A program made the translations under genes and the position numbers. DNA of 31,827 nucleotides from Armatimonadota bacterium (GTDB taxonomy: Bacteria; Armatimonadota; UBA10988): contig JACRKZ010000177.1 of assembly GCA_016235455.1 (NCBI GenBank), positions 1 through 31,827 on the forward strand. Direction: 5' to 3'. Below are positions 8,975 to 18,218 of the stretch, in pieces. The notes below the pieces were generated by a model. It made no database searches, had not been told where the DNA came from, and saw nothing but the letters and a program-made list of their open reading frames with translations. The number at the start of each line of letters is the position of its first letter. Position 1 is the first letter of the stretch.

Positions 8975-9934
8975 TTAGTCGCGGCGGAAGTCGGGAGTCA
9001 GCAGACCGCCCACCGGTTCGCCGGTGAAGTAGTGGACCACATTGCGGGCCGCATACACCTTAAGTTCGTGTTGCGACTGATCGGACAGGTAGGCCACATG
9101 CGGCGTGACCAGCACGTCGGCCCGGCCGAGCAGCGGATTGTCGGGCGAGGGCGGTTCGTCGGTCAGCACGTCCAGCGCGGCGCCGGCCAGCTTGCCGGCG
9201 TCGAGCGCGGCGATCAGCGCGGCTTCGTCGACCAGGTTGCCGCGTGCCGTGTTGACCAGATAGGCGGTCGGCTTCATCTGTGAGAGCGCGTGCTCGTCGA
9301 TGAGCGGCACCATGCCGGGCGTGGCCGGGCAGAGCAGACAGACGATATCGCTGTCGCTCAGCAAGGTGGGCAGATCGACCTGGTCGACGCCTTCGGGCAC
9401 GCCCAGCACGTACGGGTCGTAGCCAATGACGTCCATGCCCAGCGCGCGCGCCACGGCGGCGATGCCTTGGCCCATGCGGCCCAGACCCACGAGGCCCAGG
9501 ACCAGGTCGGCCGTGGAGAGGATCGGGTGCTTGCCGCCGTAGCTGCCCCACTGGCCGCCGGCCACGGCGCCGGGCGCATCGAGCAGGCCGCGGTTCAGGG
9601 CGAGGATTAGTGCCAACGTGTGCGCCACGGACTCGTCGGTGCAGTACTCGGGGCAGTCGGCCACAGCCACCTGGTGCTCGGCGGCGCCGGCCAGGTCCAC
9701 TTCCCACGGGCCGATGCCCATGCGCGAGATGAAGCGCAGTTCGGGCAGATGGCCGAGGACCTCGCGCGGCAGGCTGGCATAGCGCACTAGCAGGGCCTGC
9801 GCATCGTGGGCGGCCTCAATCAGCTCCCGGTTGTCCGCGCAGCGGGCCACCACGAGCTCCCAGCCGGCGCGTTCCAGGACGCGGCGCGCGGGCCCTTCGG
9901 TGCCCAGGTCCCAATCGGTGGCGACGACTTTCAC
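8975..9934 (-). CDS. D-isomer-specific 2-hydroxyacid dehydrogenase (SerA/CtBP-like)
   Basis: GTG start after GAGGAG. GLVGLGRMG, YDPY, VNTARG, ALDVLTDEP and TPHVAY give the Arg/Glu/His catalytic set. Confidence 0.9.
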   Translation of the reverse strand: MKVVATDWDLGTEGPARRVLERAGWELVVARCADNRELIEAAHDAQALLVRYASLPREVLGHLPELRFISRMGIGPWEVDLAGAAEHQVAVADCPEYCTDESVAHTLALILALNRGLLDAPGAVAGGQWGSYGGKHPILSTADLVLGLVGLGRMGQGIAAVARALGMDVIGYDPYVLGVPEGVDQVDLPTLLSDSDIVCLLCPATPGMVPLIDEHALSQMKPTAYLVNTARGNLVDEAALIAALDAGKLAGAALDVLTDEPPSPDNPLLGRADVLVTPHVAYLSDQSQHELKVYAARNVVHYFTGEPVGGLLTPDFRRD

Positions 9935-10008
9935 GGGCTCTGCTCTCCTCTGTCGAACGGCACGGTCTATGATACGCCCTGGCGCGCTAGTCTCCTGCGT
10001 CCGGGGCG

Positions 10009-10728
10009 CTACGGCTGGAAGCGATGGCCGTCGGCGATGAAGCGGCCGGCGACCCAACTCCGTGTACGGCCCTCGACCGCGTCGTCGAAGACCAGCACGA
10101 GGCGGCCGACGACGCTGCTGATGCCGCCTTGCTCCACCGGGCCGCGCTCCTCATCGATGCGCAACCAGCACGCCCAGTCGTAGCGGCTGCCGGTGGTCAA
10201 CTGCGGCGTGGCGCCCGCCACGGCCGCGGCTTCGATGGTGTAGAACGCCGCGACGGTCGACTCCGCCTGGGCTCGGAAGGCCCGTGTCCAGGTGCCCACC
10301 TCCGGCTTGCGCGGGATCTCCAGGTTGACATTGGTGTCATCGAGCGACAACCCGCCGTCGCTCGGCCGCGGCTGGCCCGAGAAACGTAGCCAGAGGGTCG
10401 GCTGGCGCGCCTCTTCGTCGGCCCAGATGCCCGCGTAGCGGCAGATGAATGGTTTGCCGGCTACCTGGCCGGTGACCGGTTGGGCCGGCACATCGGCCTC
10501 GGCCAGCGTGTCCTTGGGCGCGAACTGGGCCACGGCGTCGGCCACCGGCTGCGCCTGCGGCGCGATGGGCGCGAGCTTGCTGGCGAAGTGCTCCACCAGC
10601 CCGGTGGCGGGCGGTTTGGCGCTGGCCTCGGCGCCGGTCGACGGGGTTGGCGTCACCACCTTCGGCGCGCGCGCGGTGCAACCGCCCAGCAGCAGACAGA
10701 CTACGGTGCCCAGTATGCACAAGCGCAT
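10009..10728 (-). CDS. Hypothetical lipoprotein
   Basis: MRLCILGTVVCLLLGGC lipobox followed by a Pro/Thr/Ala-rich linker. Starts 4 nt after the upstream stop. Confidence 0.75.
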   Translation of the reverse strand: MRLCILGTVVCLLLGGCTARAPKVVTPTPSTGAEASAKPPATGLVEHFASKLAPIAPQAQPVADAVAQFAPKDTLAEADVPAQPVTGQVAGKPFICRYAGIWADEEARQPTLWLRFSGQPRPSDGGLSLDDTNVNLEIPRKPEVGTWTRAFRAQAESTVAAFYTIEAAAVAGATPQLTTGSRYDWACWLRIDEERGPVEQGGISSVVGRLVLVFDDAVEGRTRSWVAGRFIADGHRFQP

Positions 10729-10732
10729 CCAG

Positions 10733-12553
10733 CTATCTCCGTTCCAGTACGACGAACGTGTCGTTGTCGGCGGCCACCAGTTCACGGTACCAGTGTAACG
10801 CCTCCGCCACCTGCGACTCGGCCAGCAGCGGCTTGGTCAAGCTGACCGTGCGCGCATACTCGATGGTATCTCCGACCAGCCGATGTGTCACACGCCAACT
10901 GCCCCAGGCGGCTTTCTGGCCCTGGTCGGCCGGCAGTTCGCGCACGGCCAGCCCCGGCGCGAGCCGGATGCGCAGCCGGTCTTCGGTCTCGCGCGCGGCT
11001 CCGTCGAGCCGCACCGGCCCGCGGGCGTCGGTCAGCGCGCGGGGCAGGGCGGCGCGCTCGATGACCGCGCCGCGCAACGGCAGCAGCTTGTTGCCGCGTG
11101 CATAGGGCTGGCGCGCCAATCGGTAGCGCAGCGTGAACGGCTTGTCCATTGCCGCCGGGGCCGATGCTTCCACCGAGCCGGGCTCGACCTGCAGCGCCAG
11201 TTGGGCGTTCAGTTCCTGGGCCACACCGGACGGGCCGGCGTTGGCCACCGCCAGGCGCAGCGCCTGCTCAATAGCGCCGCCCGCGGTCACCTCGACCTGG
11301 CCGCTGATCTCGCCCGCGGCGCTGAGCGCCAGGTCGCCCACGCGCCGGCGAAAGTTGGCGGTGCCGGTCGGAATGGGTAGGACCGACCAACGCGCACCGC
11401 TCTCGGTCACCACCAGGGCTTGCACGCCCTGGATCTTGGGCGGCAGGTAGTCGGCCGGGCCGAAGCGCCAGGTCGGATCGAACCAACGGTAGCCGCCGGC
11501 CTGGGGTACGGCCACGACGACGTGGTCGAACTGGGCCATGGCCGGCAGTGACTCGATGAGGATGCCGCGCGAAAGGCTGCGCAGCAGCGCCGGATAGGCA
11601 GTGATGCCCGCGCGCGCCAGCATGGTGATGAGCAGCGTCACCATGTCCTTGCAGTCGCCCACGCGCAGGTCGAACGTCTCGGTCGCCGGCCGCGGGGTGA
11701 TGCCGGGCGCGCCGGTCTCCACCTGGCCGACCTTGTAGGCGATCTGCGTCACCAGATAGTGGTACAGCGCTCTGGCTGGGTCGGTCTGGCCCGCGGTTTC
11801 GCGCGCCACTGCCGCGTCCAGCGCCGCGTGGCGGCGGTACTGGCCGGCGGCCGCCTGGCGGTAGCGCGTGGCCACGACGTTCCAGTCGGTCAGCCGGGAG
11901 ACCAGCAGCGGGCAATCCGCTCCGGCGGGCACGTCGGACTCCTGCCAGGCGTACTCGGTGTCGGTGCCCACCGTGCGCACGACCACGGGCCGCTTGAATT
12001 GCCTGGGATCGCTGTTCGGCGGCGTGCGGTCGGGCAGCCGCGCGGCATAGCGTGCGTCGAGTACCGGCTCGTCGGCGCCCAGCTGCCACTGGTCGCTGAG
12101 CCCTTCGGGCTGCGTCGGCCGCTGGTCGTCCAAGTGGACCTCGTAGTCGAGCACCGACTCGGCGTCGAGCGTGGGGAATTGCAGCGACAGATGGTCCACT
12201 TCGTCGAACGGGCCGAGTTGGGCGCGTTGCAGCGAGACGGCCTGCAGGTCGACCAGGCCGCGCCGCGGATGCCAGGTGCGCGCGGCGGTGACCGTCACGC
12301 GCTGGTCGGCGCCAAAGTAGCCCAGGTCGACGTTCTCGGGCGGTCGGCCGCCGCGCAGGACCTTGAGTGTGCCGCGCAGCGTGCGGTCCAGGCGGCCGTC
12401 CTGGTGCCAGGTGACGACGCGCTCGCGCCGCAGCCACACGGCGCGAGCCGGGCTGTCGGCGGCGCTCGGGGCGGTGGCCAGCAGACCGGCCAGGTCGGCC
12501 GGCGGCTCGGGCGCCAGCAGGCACAGCCAGAGCCACCACAGCATGGTACTCAC
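10733..12553 (-). CDS. Secreted DUF3857 / transglutaminase-like protein
   Basis: Signal-like N-terminus, DUF3857-like region, triad motifs GDCKD, FDHVVV and WFDPT. GTGA overlap with the upstream gene. Confidence 0.85.
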   Translation of the reverse strand: MSTMLWWLWLCLLAPEPPADLAGLLATAPSAADSPARAVWLRRERVVTWHQDGRLDRTLRGTLKVLRGGRPPENVDLGYFGADQRVTVTAARTWHPRRGLVDLQAVSLQRAQLGPFDEVDHLSLQFPTLDAESVLDYEVHLDDQRPTQPEGLSDQWQLGADEPVLDARYAARLPDRTPPNSDPRQFKRPVVVRTVGTDTEYAWQESDVPAGADCPLLVSRLTDWNVVATRYRQAAAGQYRRHAALDAAVARETAGQTDPARALYHYLVTQIAYKVGQVETGAPGITPRPATETFDLRVGDCKDMVTLLITMLARAGITAYPALLRSLSRGILIESLPAMAQFDHVVVAVPQAGGYRWFDPTWRFGPADYLPPKIQGVQALVVTESGARWSVLPIPTGTANFRRRVGDLALSAAGEISGQVEVTAGGAIEQALRLAVANAGPSGVAQELNAQLALQVEPGSVEASAPAAMDKPFTLRYRLARQPYARGNKLLPLRGAVIERAALPRALTDARGPVRLDGAARETEDRLRIRLAPGLAVRELPADQGQKAAWGSWRVTHRLVGDTIEYARTVSLTKPLLAESQVAEALHWYRELVAADNDTFVVLERR

Positions 12554-13815
12554 GGCGCCGTCACCACCAAGGCGTTGGCCACCTCGGCGGGCGCGCCGGC
12601 GCTGGGCCGGCCCTGGAGCCGGCCGCCGGCAACCATCGTGGCCGACCGCGAGCCGTCCAGGTTCATAGCCTCCACGCAGCCCAGGTCATGAAACACAGCG
12701 GCCCATTCGGCCAGGGAGAAACCGCGACTGTACGGCGCCCAACCCTCGCCGAAGGCCAGAATGATCGAGCCGTCGGGCAGCAGGCCCACACCGCTGCGCG
12801 CGGTGACGCTATCACGTACATCGCGCCTGAACTGCTCGGCCTCGACCGCGTCGCTGACCACCACCTGACCTTCGCGCAGCAGCCGCGGGCCGCCGCCGAG
12901 CACGTTGCTCGTCGCCGCGGGGTCGGTGCGCCAGACGAGAGTGGGCGTGCCATCGAGCGTGGCGCGATGGTGGATGGCCAGTTTGCCCAGCATGGTGCGG
13001 TTCATGCCGCGGAAGGCGTCGGCACCATCCCACCACTCGCTGGTCACCGCGCACTCGGCGTCGTCGCTGGGCGTGTGATTGACGGCCTCGATGGGCAGTT
13101 TGAGCAGCGGCGTCTGCAACTCGGACTGCCAGGCCAGCGCGTCGATACGCGGCCTCTGGCCGGCTTCGAGCAGCAGGCAGGTGCGGTTGAGCAGGGGTTG
13201 GCTGACCCACTCGCCGTCGAGCCGCAGCGCCCCCAACGGCGGGCCGTCGTCGGGGTCGAAGTAGCCGCCGTTGACCGCGGCCGTGTGGTTGGCGCCCATG
13301 GTCGCCACGGTCGCGCGGGCGGTCATCTTCCGACCGGCGGCACAGAGGCGCAGGCGATAGGCCTGATCGGCGGCCAGCCGCACGGCAAAGACCCGCGTCG
13401 GCCCGTCGGGCCGGGCCTGCTCGAGCGTCAGCAGCGTCGCACCGGCGTCGAGCGCGGTCTCGCGGCGGGTGGTGCCGACCGTGGTCACGATGAGCCGGGC
13501 CGTGCCGCCGGCCAGCTCCGCGCGCGCGGCGAAGCGCCAGGGCAGCAGCAGCTCGATGCCGTCGGCGACCAGGCGCACCGAGCCGCCGGCCACCCGGGGC
13601 AGGGCCGTGTTGGGCCGGGGCCTGGCGGCGGGCAACGGCAGGCGGTAGACGGCCTGGTTACCTTCCACGCGGATGGAGGGTTCGGCGATGCGCTCGATGC
13701 CGGCTACGGCGAGGACGCTCTCGGCCGCGCCGGGCTGCCAGGAGACGACTGGCCGGCGTTGGCAGCCGGTCAGCAGAAGGCCTGCCACCACCAGGGTGGC
13801 CAGCCGCCTCAACAC
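12550..13815 (-). CDS. Phosphodiester glycosidase (NAGPA-family) lipoprotein
   Basis: Lipobox LLLTGC; AVNGGYF, GGGPRLL, ARSGVG, AMNLDG, VANAL. Start is GTG 13815 or TTG 13812, overlapping the permease stop. Confidence 0.82.
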   Translation of the reverse strand: MLRRLATLVVAGLLLTGCQRRPVVSWQPGAAESVLAVAGIERIAEPSIRVEGNQAVYRLPLPAARPRPNTALPRVAGGSVRLVADGIELLLPWRFAARAELAGGTARLIVTTVGTTRRETALDAGATLLTLEQARPDGPTRVFAVRLAADQAYRLRLCAAGRKMTARATVATMGANHTAAVNGGYFDPDDGPPLGALRLDGEWVSQPLLNRTCLLLEAGQRPRIDALAWQSELQTPLLKLPIEAVNHTPSDDAECAVTSEWWDGADAFRGMNRTMLGKLAIHHRATLDGTPTLVWRTDPAATSNVLGGGPRLLREGQVVVSDAVEAEQFRRDVRDSVTARSGVGLLPDGSIILAFGEGWAPYSRGFSLAEWAAVFHDLGCVEAMNLDGSRSATMVAGGRLQGRPSAGAPAEVANALVVTAP

Positions 13816-14672
13816 GTGACGTCGCGTCTCACAAAGCGCCATAGCCCAGCCGTCGCGAATAGGATGATGGTCACACAGTGTACCCGAACCATGGGCCAAA
13901 CCGCCGCACCTGGGAACAGCAGCCGCCCGCTGTCCGGGTCGAAGGCGATCGGGTAGGCCTTGGCATGGTCAAAGAGGTAGTTGGAGAAGAGGTAGGGCTT
14001 CACCTTTTCCACCCAGTCAAAGTTCATGCCACAGATGATCTGGAGCGTGATGACCAGGCCCACCGCCGTGAAGCCGGGCGCCAGCGCGTTGTCGAACCAG
14101 CTGCCCAGCGCCACGGCGATGGTGCCGCCCGACATCATGGACAACGTCATGAGCGAGTAGGACAGCAGGATGTAGCGCGCGCCCTCTCCCGCGGTCATGA
14201 CGATGATCTTGCCTTCGGATGCCGGCGACACCGACGTCAGCTTGCCCCAGCCGAAGCACAGCGTGCCGATGGCCAGGCTCAGCAGCATGGTGAAGGCCGC
14301 GATCGACGCGGCGTAGAGCCAGGCGGTGGCGTACTTGGCCAGCCACACCTGCCAGCGCGGCCGCGGCCGCACCAGCATGGTGCGCAGCGTGCCGGCCGCG
14401 CCTTCGCCGCCGAGGATCTCGCCGATCACCACCGGTGCCAGGTACAACAGCAGCATGGCGATGGTGATGCTCACCGCCTGACACTCGAACAGGCCGTTGC
14501 GCAGGTCGCCCACAATCTCCATCTGGCCGCCGCGGTTGGGGCGGAACGCGTGGCGGTCCTGCCTCATGCCCCAGGTCATCAGCCCAATCAACAGCGTGCT
14601 GGCGGCGTACAGCAGGTACGGCGCGAAGCGCCGGTGGAGGCGGTAGATCTCCCAACGCAGCAGGACGATCAC
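13809..14672 (-). CDS. ABC-2 type transporter permease
   Basis: Several TM segments; GE...GTLRTMLVRP..RWQVWLAK motif; C-terminal F.RRDV. Confidence 0.9.
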   Translation of the reverse strand: MIVLLRWEIYRLHRRFAPYLLYAASTLLIGLMTWGMRQDRHAFRPNRGGQMEIVGDLRNGLFECQAVSITIAMLLLYLAPVVIGEILGGEGAAGTLRTMLVRPRPRWQVWLAKYATAWLYAASIAAFTMLLSLAIGTLCFGWGKLTSVSPASEGKIIVMTAGEGARYILLSYSLMTLSMMSGGTIAVALGSWFDNALAPGFTAVGLVITLQIICGMNFDWVEKVKPYLFSNYLFDHAKAYPIAFDPDSGRLLFPGAAVWPMVRVHCVTIILFATAGLWRFVRRDVTC

Positions 14673-15616
14673 AGCGAGCTCTCCTCACCGGTCACCTCGA
14701 AGAAGAACTCCTCCAGGCTGCGCCGCACGATCAGCAGCTCGCTGACCGCCACGCCGGCGCCGACCAGGGCCGCGTTGACCGCGGCGGCCCGTTCGGCGGG
14801 GGCGGTGACGATGAGGTACTCGTCCTGGCTCTGGGCCTCACGCACCTCGGGCACGGCGCTGGCGATGGCCACGGGATCGACGCCGGCGGGCGCTTGGCAG
14901 GCCAGGCGCAGCACGGCGAGGCCGTCGGTGTTTCCCAGCAGCTCGGCGACCGGGCCCTCGGCCACCATGGCGCCGTGGCTGATGACCGCCACGCGGTCGC
15001 AGACCGCCTGCACCTCGGACAGCAGATGGCTGGAGATGAAGATGGACATGCCATCTTCCACCGCCAGCGTGCGCACGAGTTCGCGCACTTCCCTCATGCC
15101 TTGCGGGTCGAGTCCGTTGGTCGGCTCGTCGAGCACCAGCAGCTCAGGCCGGCAGAGCAGCGCCTGGGCCAGCCCCAGCCGGGCCCTCATGCCTTGCGAG
15201 TAGGTCTTGACCTTGTCGCCGTCGCGGCCGGTGAGGCGCACCCGGGCGATGGCCTGATCGACCAGCGCGCGCGGCGTGGGCCCGGTCAGGGCGCCGAGGA
15301 ACTCCAGGTTGCGACGGCCGGTCATGTAGCCATAGAACGACGGGGCCTCCACCTGCGCGCCAACGCCGCGCAGGGCGCGCACGCGGTCGCGGCGGATGTC
15401 GTGGCCCAGGATGCGCGCGGTACCGGATGTCGGCGAGATGAGTCCGAGCAGCATGCGGATGGTGGTGCTTTTGCCCGAGCCATTGGGGCCCAGGAAGCCG
15501 TACACCGTGCCGGCCGGCACGGTCAGGTCGAGGCCGTCCACCGCGCGCCGCACCCCGAACCGCTTGACCAGGCCGCGCGCCTCGATGACCGGCGTGGCGG
15601 CCGCCTCCGCGCTCAC
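14669..15616 (-). CDS. ABC transporter ATP-binding protein (BcrA/multidrug-like)
   Basis: Walker A GPNGSGKST, signature YSQGM, Walker B LVLDEPTNGLDP, H-loop SSH. Confidence 0.95.
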   Translation of the reverse strand: MSAEAAATPVIEARGLVKRFGVRRAVDGLDLTVPAGTVYGFLGPNGSGKSTTIRMLLGLISPTSGTARILGHDIRRDRVRALRGVGAQVEAPSFYGYMTGRRNLEFLGALTGPTPRALVDQAIARVRLTGRDGDKVKTYSQGMRARLGLAQALLCRPELLVLDEPTNGLDPQGMREVRELVRTLAVEDGMSIFISSHLLSEVQAVCDRVAVISHGAMVAEGPVAELLGNTDGLAVLRLACQAPAGVDPVAIASAVPEVREAQSQDEYLIVTAPAERAAAVNAALVGAGVAVSELLIVRRSLEEFFFEVTGEESSL

Positions 15617-17562
15617 CTGAGCGTCTGCTCCGCCAGATCCAGCCGCTTCTCATCCAGCCGCCAGTTCGGGCCCAGGAACCCGCCGGCGAGATAGGCGCTG
15701 GTGCCGTCCCAGTCGACGCGGTCTTCATAGACCAGCAGGTCGGGCAGCAGATCGAACTTGTGGTTGGCGGGCAATCCCCGGCCGTATTCAACGCCGCTGT
15801 TCCACAGCACCAGACCTTGGGGGCGCACCGGATGCGGCGTGAGCAGGACCATGCCGACCTTGTCGCCGCTGTAGGTGTGGGTGCCGACGGTGTATTTGCC
15901 TGGCTCCATGGCAATGCCGGCCGGCAGCATCTTGGCCGGGTCGGCAATGCCCGGCAGCTTGACCGTGCTCGGCTCTCCGAAGATGACCAAGTTGCGGCCC
16001 TTGACCAGGTCCTCGGTCAGCGTCGTATCCAGCACCATGGGCGGGAAGGCCTCGGCGAAGGTGAGCCAGACGCCCTGGAAGGCCCGTGCGCGACTCATGT
16101 TCAGCGCCTGGCGCGCATCGTCGCCGCCGGTGGCCACCACGGCCAGGAACGGGCTATTGAACACCTCGCGCGCCGGGCCCACCAGCGGGCGTTCGGCCGG
16201 CGGCGTGGCGGCTGCCAGCGCGGGCGTGCCGTCGGCGGCGATGGTCAGCCGCTGTGAGCCGGCGCCGAGTGGGCCCGCGGGCTTGCCATTGACTGTCACG
16301 GCCACTGGCCTGTCACCGCGTAGCTTGGCCGGCGGGTCCAGGTACAGCTCGGCTACGTTGGTGCAGGTCAGCGCCAGCTTGCCAGCGGTCAGGTCGGCCT
16401 CGATGTCAGCCGGTGGACCCCACTGCGCCAAGGCGCGCACGTCGATCCAGTAGGCCTGGCCCTGCTTGGGCGTGAAGGTGCGGAAGGTGATGTGCGGCGG
16501 CGCGGCGGCGCGCACCTTGGGCTTGACGAAGTCGAACATGGCCTCGAAGGGCGGGTCTTCCCAGTAGATATAATGGCCCTGGCCTTCGTACTCCTTGTAC
16601 TCCACCTGATAGCCGCGACGGCGCAGCTCGGGGACGATCAGGCGCGAGTGCTCGGTGGGCACCAGCGTGTCCAGTGCGCCGTGCTGCACGAAGGTCGGCA
16701 GCCAGCGGGCGTTGCCCACCAGGTCGAGCGGGTTGTTCTGGCTGATGCACCAGGTCTTGTAGGCGGTCTGCTCGCGCTGGCGCTTCTCCCACAGGAAGAA
16801 GTCGCTCTGGCCGGCCATGGGCGAGAGTGCGGCGAACATGTCGGGATGCCGCAGCGCCAATGCCCAGCCGCCATAGCCGCCCATGGACGAGCCGGTCATG
16901 TGGATGCGGTCGGGATCGATGCTGTAGAAGCGCTGCATCTCCTCGATGACGCGCAGCACGTCGACCTCGCCGATGCCCAGGAAGTCGGTGTTGCGCCGGC
17001 CATGGGGCAGCACCAGGATCATCTGCCGGTCGGCGGCCATCTTCCACTGCTGTGGCGGCAGCACCCAGGGGTAGATCTTGGAGGTCTCGGGCACGTAGCC
17101 GTGCAGGAAGAGCACCAGCGGGTAGCGCTTGGCCGGGTCGTAGTCGGCTGGCAGCCGCACGAAGTAGGGCTGCGCGCTGCCGTCGGTGCGGCACTGGTAG
17201 GCGCGCTCCAGGTAGCCCTGTGCGTTCTCGCCGCCGGTCAGCCCCCGGTAAGCCACCTCGCCAGCCTTGCAGCGGGCCAGCGCGGCCTCAGCGGCCTTGA
17301 CCGAGGCGTCCTGCGCGGGGTCGAAGGCCGCGATGGCGTAGCGCGGTCGCTCCTGGAGCTTGTCGATCTCCAAGGCCACGAGCGGCAGGTTGGAGTCGCG
17401 CACATCGGCGGGCATGACCATGGCCGCCGCGGCCTGCAGCCGGTTGCTCAGGTCGGCCGCGACGGCCAGGTAATCAGGAGCCTTGCCAGCGGGCGGAGCC
17501 GGCTGGCAAGCAGCCGGCAGCACAAGCGCGAGGCAAATCAGCAACAGCAGTGATCTGGGCAT
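15613..17562 (-). CDS. Exported alpha/beta serine hydrolase (esterase/peptidase S9-like)
   Basis: Signal peptide (possible lipobox LPAAC); YPLVLFLHG, GSSMGG nucleophile elbow, HGALDTLVP (Asp), GQGH (His); long C-terminal extension. Confidence 0.88.
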   Translation of the reverse strand: MPRSLLLLICLALVLPAACQPAPPAGKAPDYLAVAADLSNRLQAAAAMVMPADVRDSNLPLVALEIDKLQERPRYAIAAFDPAQDASVKAAEAALARCKAGEVAYRGLTGGENAQGYLERAYQCRTDGSAQPYFVRLPADYDPAKRYPLVLFLHGYVPETSKIYPWVLPPQQWKMAADRQMILVLPHGRRNTDFLGIGEVDVLRVIEEMQRFYSIDPDRIHMTGSSMGGYGGWALALRHPDMFAALSPMAGQSDFFLWEKRQREQTAYKTWCISQNNPLDLVGNARWLPTFVQHGALDTLVPTEHSRLIVPELRRRGYQVEYKEYEGQGHYIYWEDPPFEAMFDFVKPKVRAAAPPHITFRTFTPKQGQAYWIDVRALAQWGPPADIEADLTAGKLALTCTNVAELYLDPPAKLRGDRPVAVTVNGKPAGPLGAGSQRLTIAADGTPALAAATPPAERPLVGPAREVFNSPFLAVVATGGDDARQALNMSRARAFQGVWLTFAEAFPPMVLDTTLTEDLVKGRNLVIFGEPSTVKLPGIADPAKMLPAGIAMEPGKYTVGTHTYSGDKVGMVLLTPHPVRPQGLVLWNSGVEYGRGLPANHKFDLLPDLLVYEDRVDWDGTSAYLAGGFLGPNWRLDEKRLDLAEQTLR

Positions 17563-17594
17563 GGCGCAAGGGTGTCCCGACTACGGTGTCGCTG

Positions 17595-18119
17595 TCAAGC
17601 CGGTGGCTTCACATCGCCGTAGATGTCACTGTACGTCTGCACGCGCCACAGGCCGTCGGCACCCTTGACCAGCACCAGCGGCCGGGGCTTGTCGGTGCCG
17701 CTGCTCTGGAGCAGGATGCGCCAGGCGCCGTCGCGGAACTTGTCCGCTTCGCTCGAGACGACCTGCAGCGCGAACTGGTCGGGGTCCATCTTGTAGCTGT
17801 TCGACGGGCTCGTGCCCTGCGCATAGCTGCGGAAGATGTACGGCTTGGAGCGCATGCCGTCCACGAAGTAGGTGTTCTTCTCCCACTTCTCGTCGACCAT
17901 GCCCAACGACAGCATCTTGCGGCCGGCGTCGCGCGTGGACTCCTTGGAGTAGCAGTAGATCGCTTCGAACCACAGCTTGGCGGCGCCCTCGGGTCGGGTG
18001 GCCTCCTTGGTCTGCCGATCGCGGAACTCGTCCACGTCGCGCGGCAGCTTGGCCAGGACCCCCGAGGTCAGTCCCAGGACCGCCGCGACTGTCATCACCA
18101 ACGCTGAACGCCTGAACAT
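17595..18119 (-). CDS. Secreted DUF6935-like protein (paralog 2)
   Basis: Signal peptide after AGGAG; PYIFRSYAQGTSPSNSY, SSGTDKPRP, IYGDVKPP. Family recalled from these motifs. Confidence 0.75.
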   Translation of the reverse strand: MFRRSALVMTVAAVLGLTSGVLAKLPRDVDEFRDRQTKEATRPEGAAKLWFEAIYCYSKESTRDAGRKMLSLGMVDEKWEKNTYFVDGMRSKPYIFRSYAQGTSPSNSYKMDPDQFALQVVSSEADKFRDGAWRILLQSSGTDKPRPLVLVKGADGLWRVQTYSDIYGDVKPPA

Positions 18120-18218
18120 GGCTGTTCTCCTGCTTACTAGAACGACGCCAGGGCCGGCCCTGGGTTCCCCGTCAGCCGGCCCTGCTCGTAGCGGCCCGTT
18201 AACCTCGACGGTCAGTCA

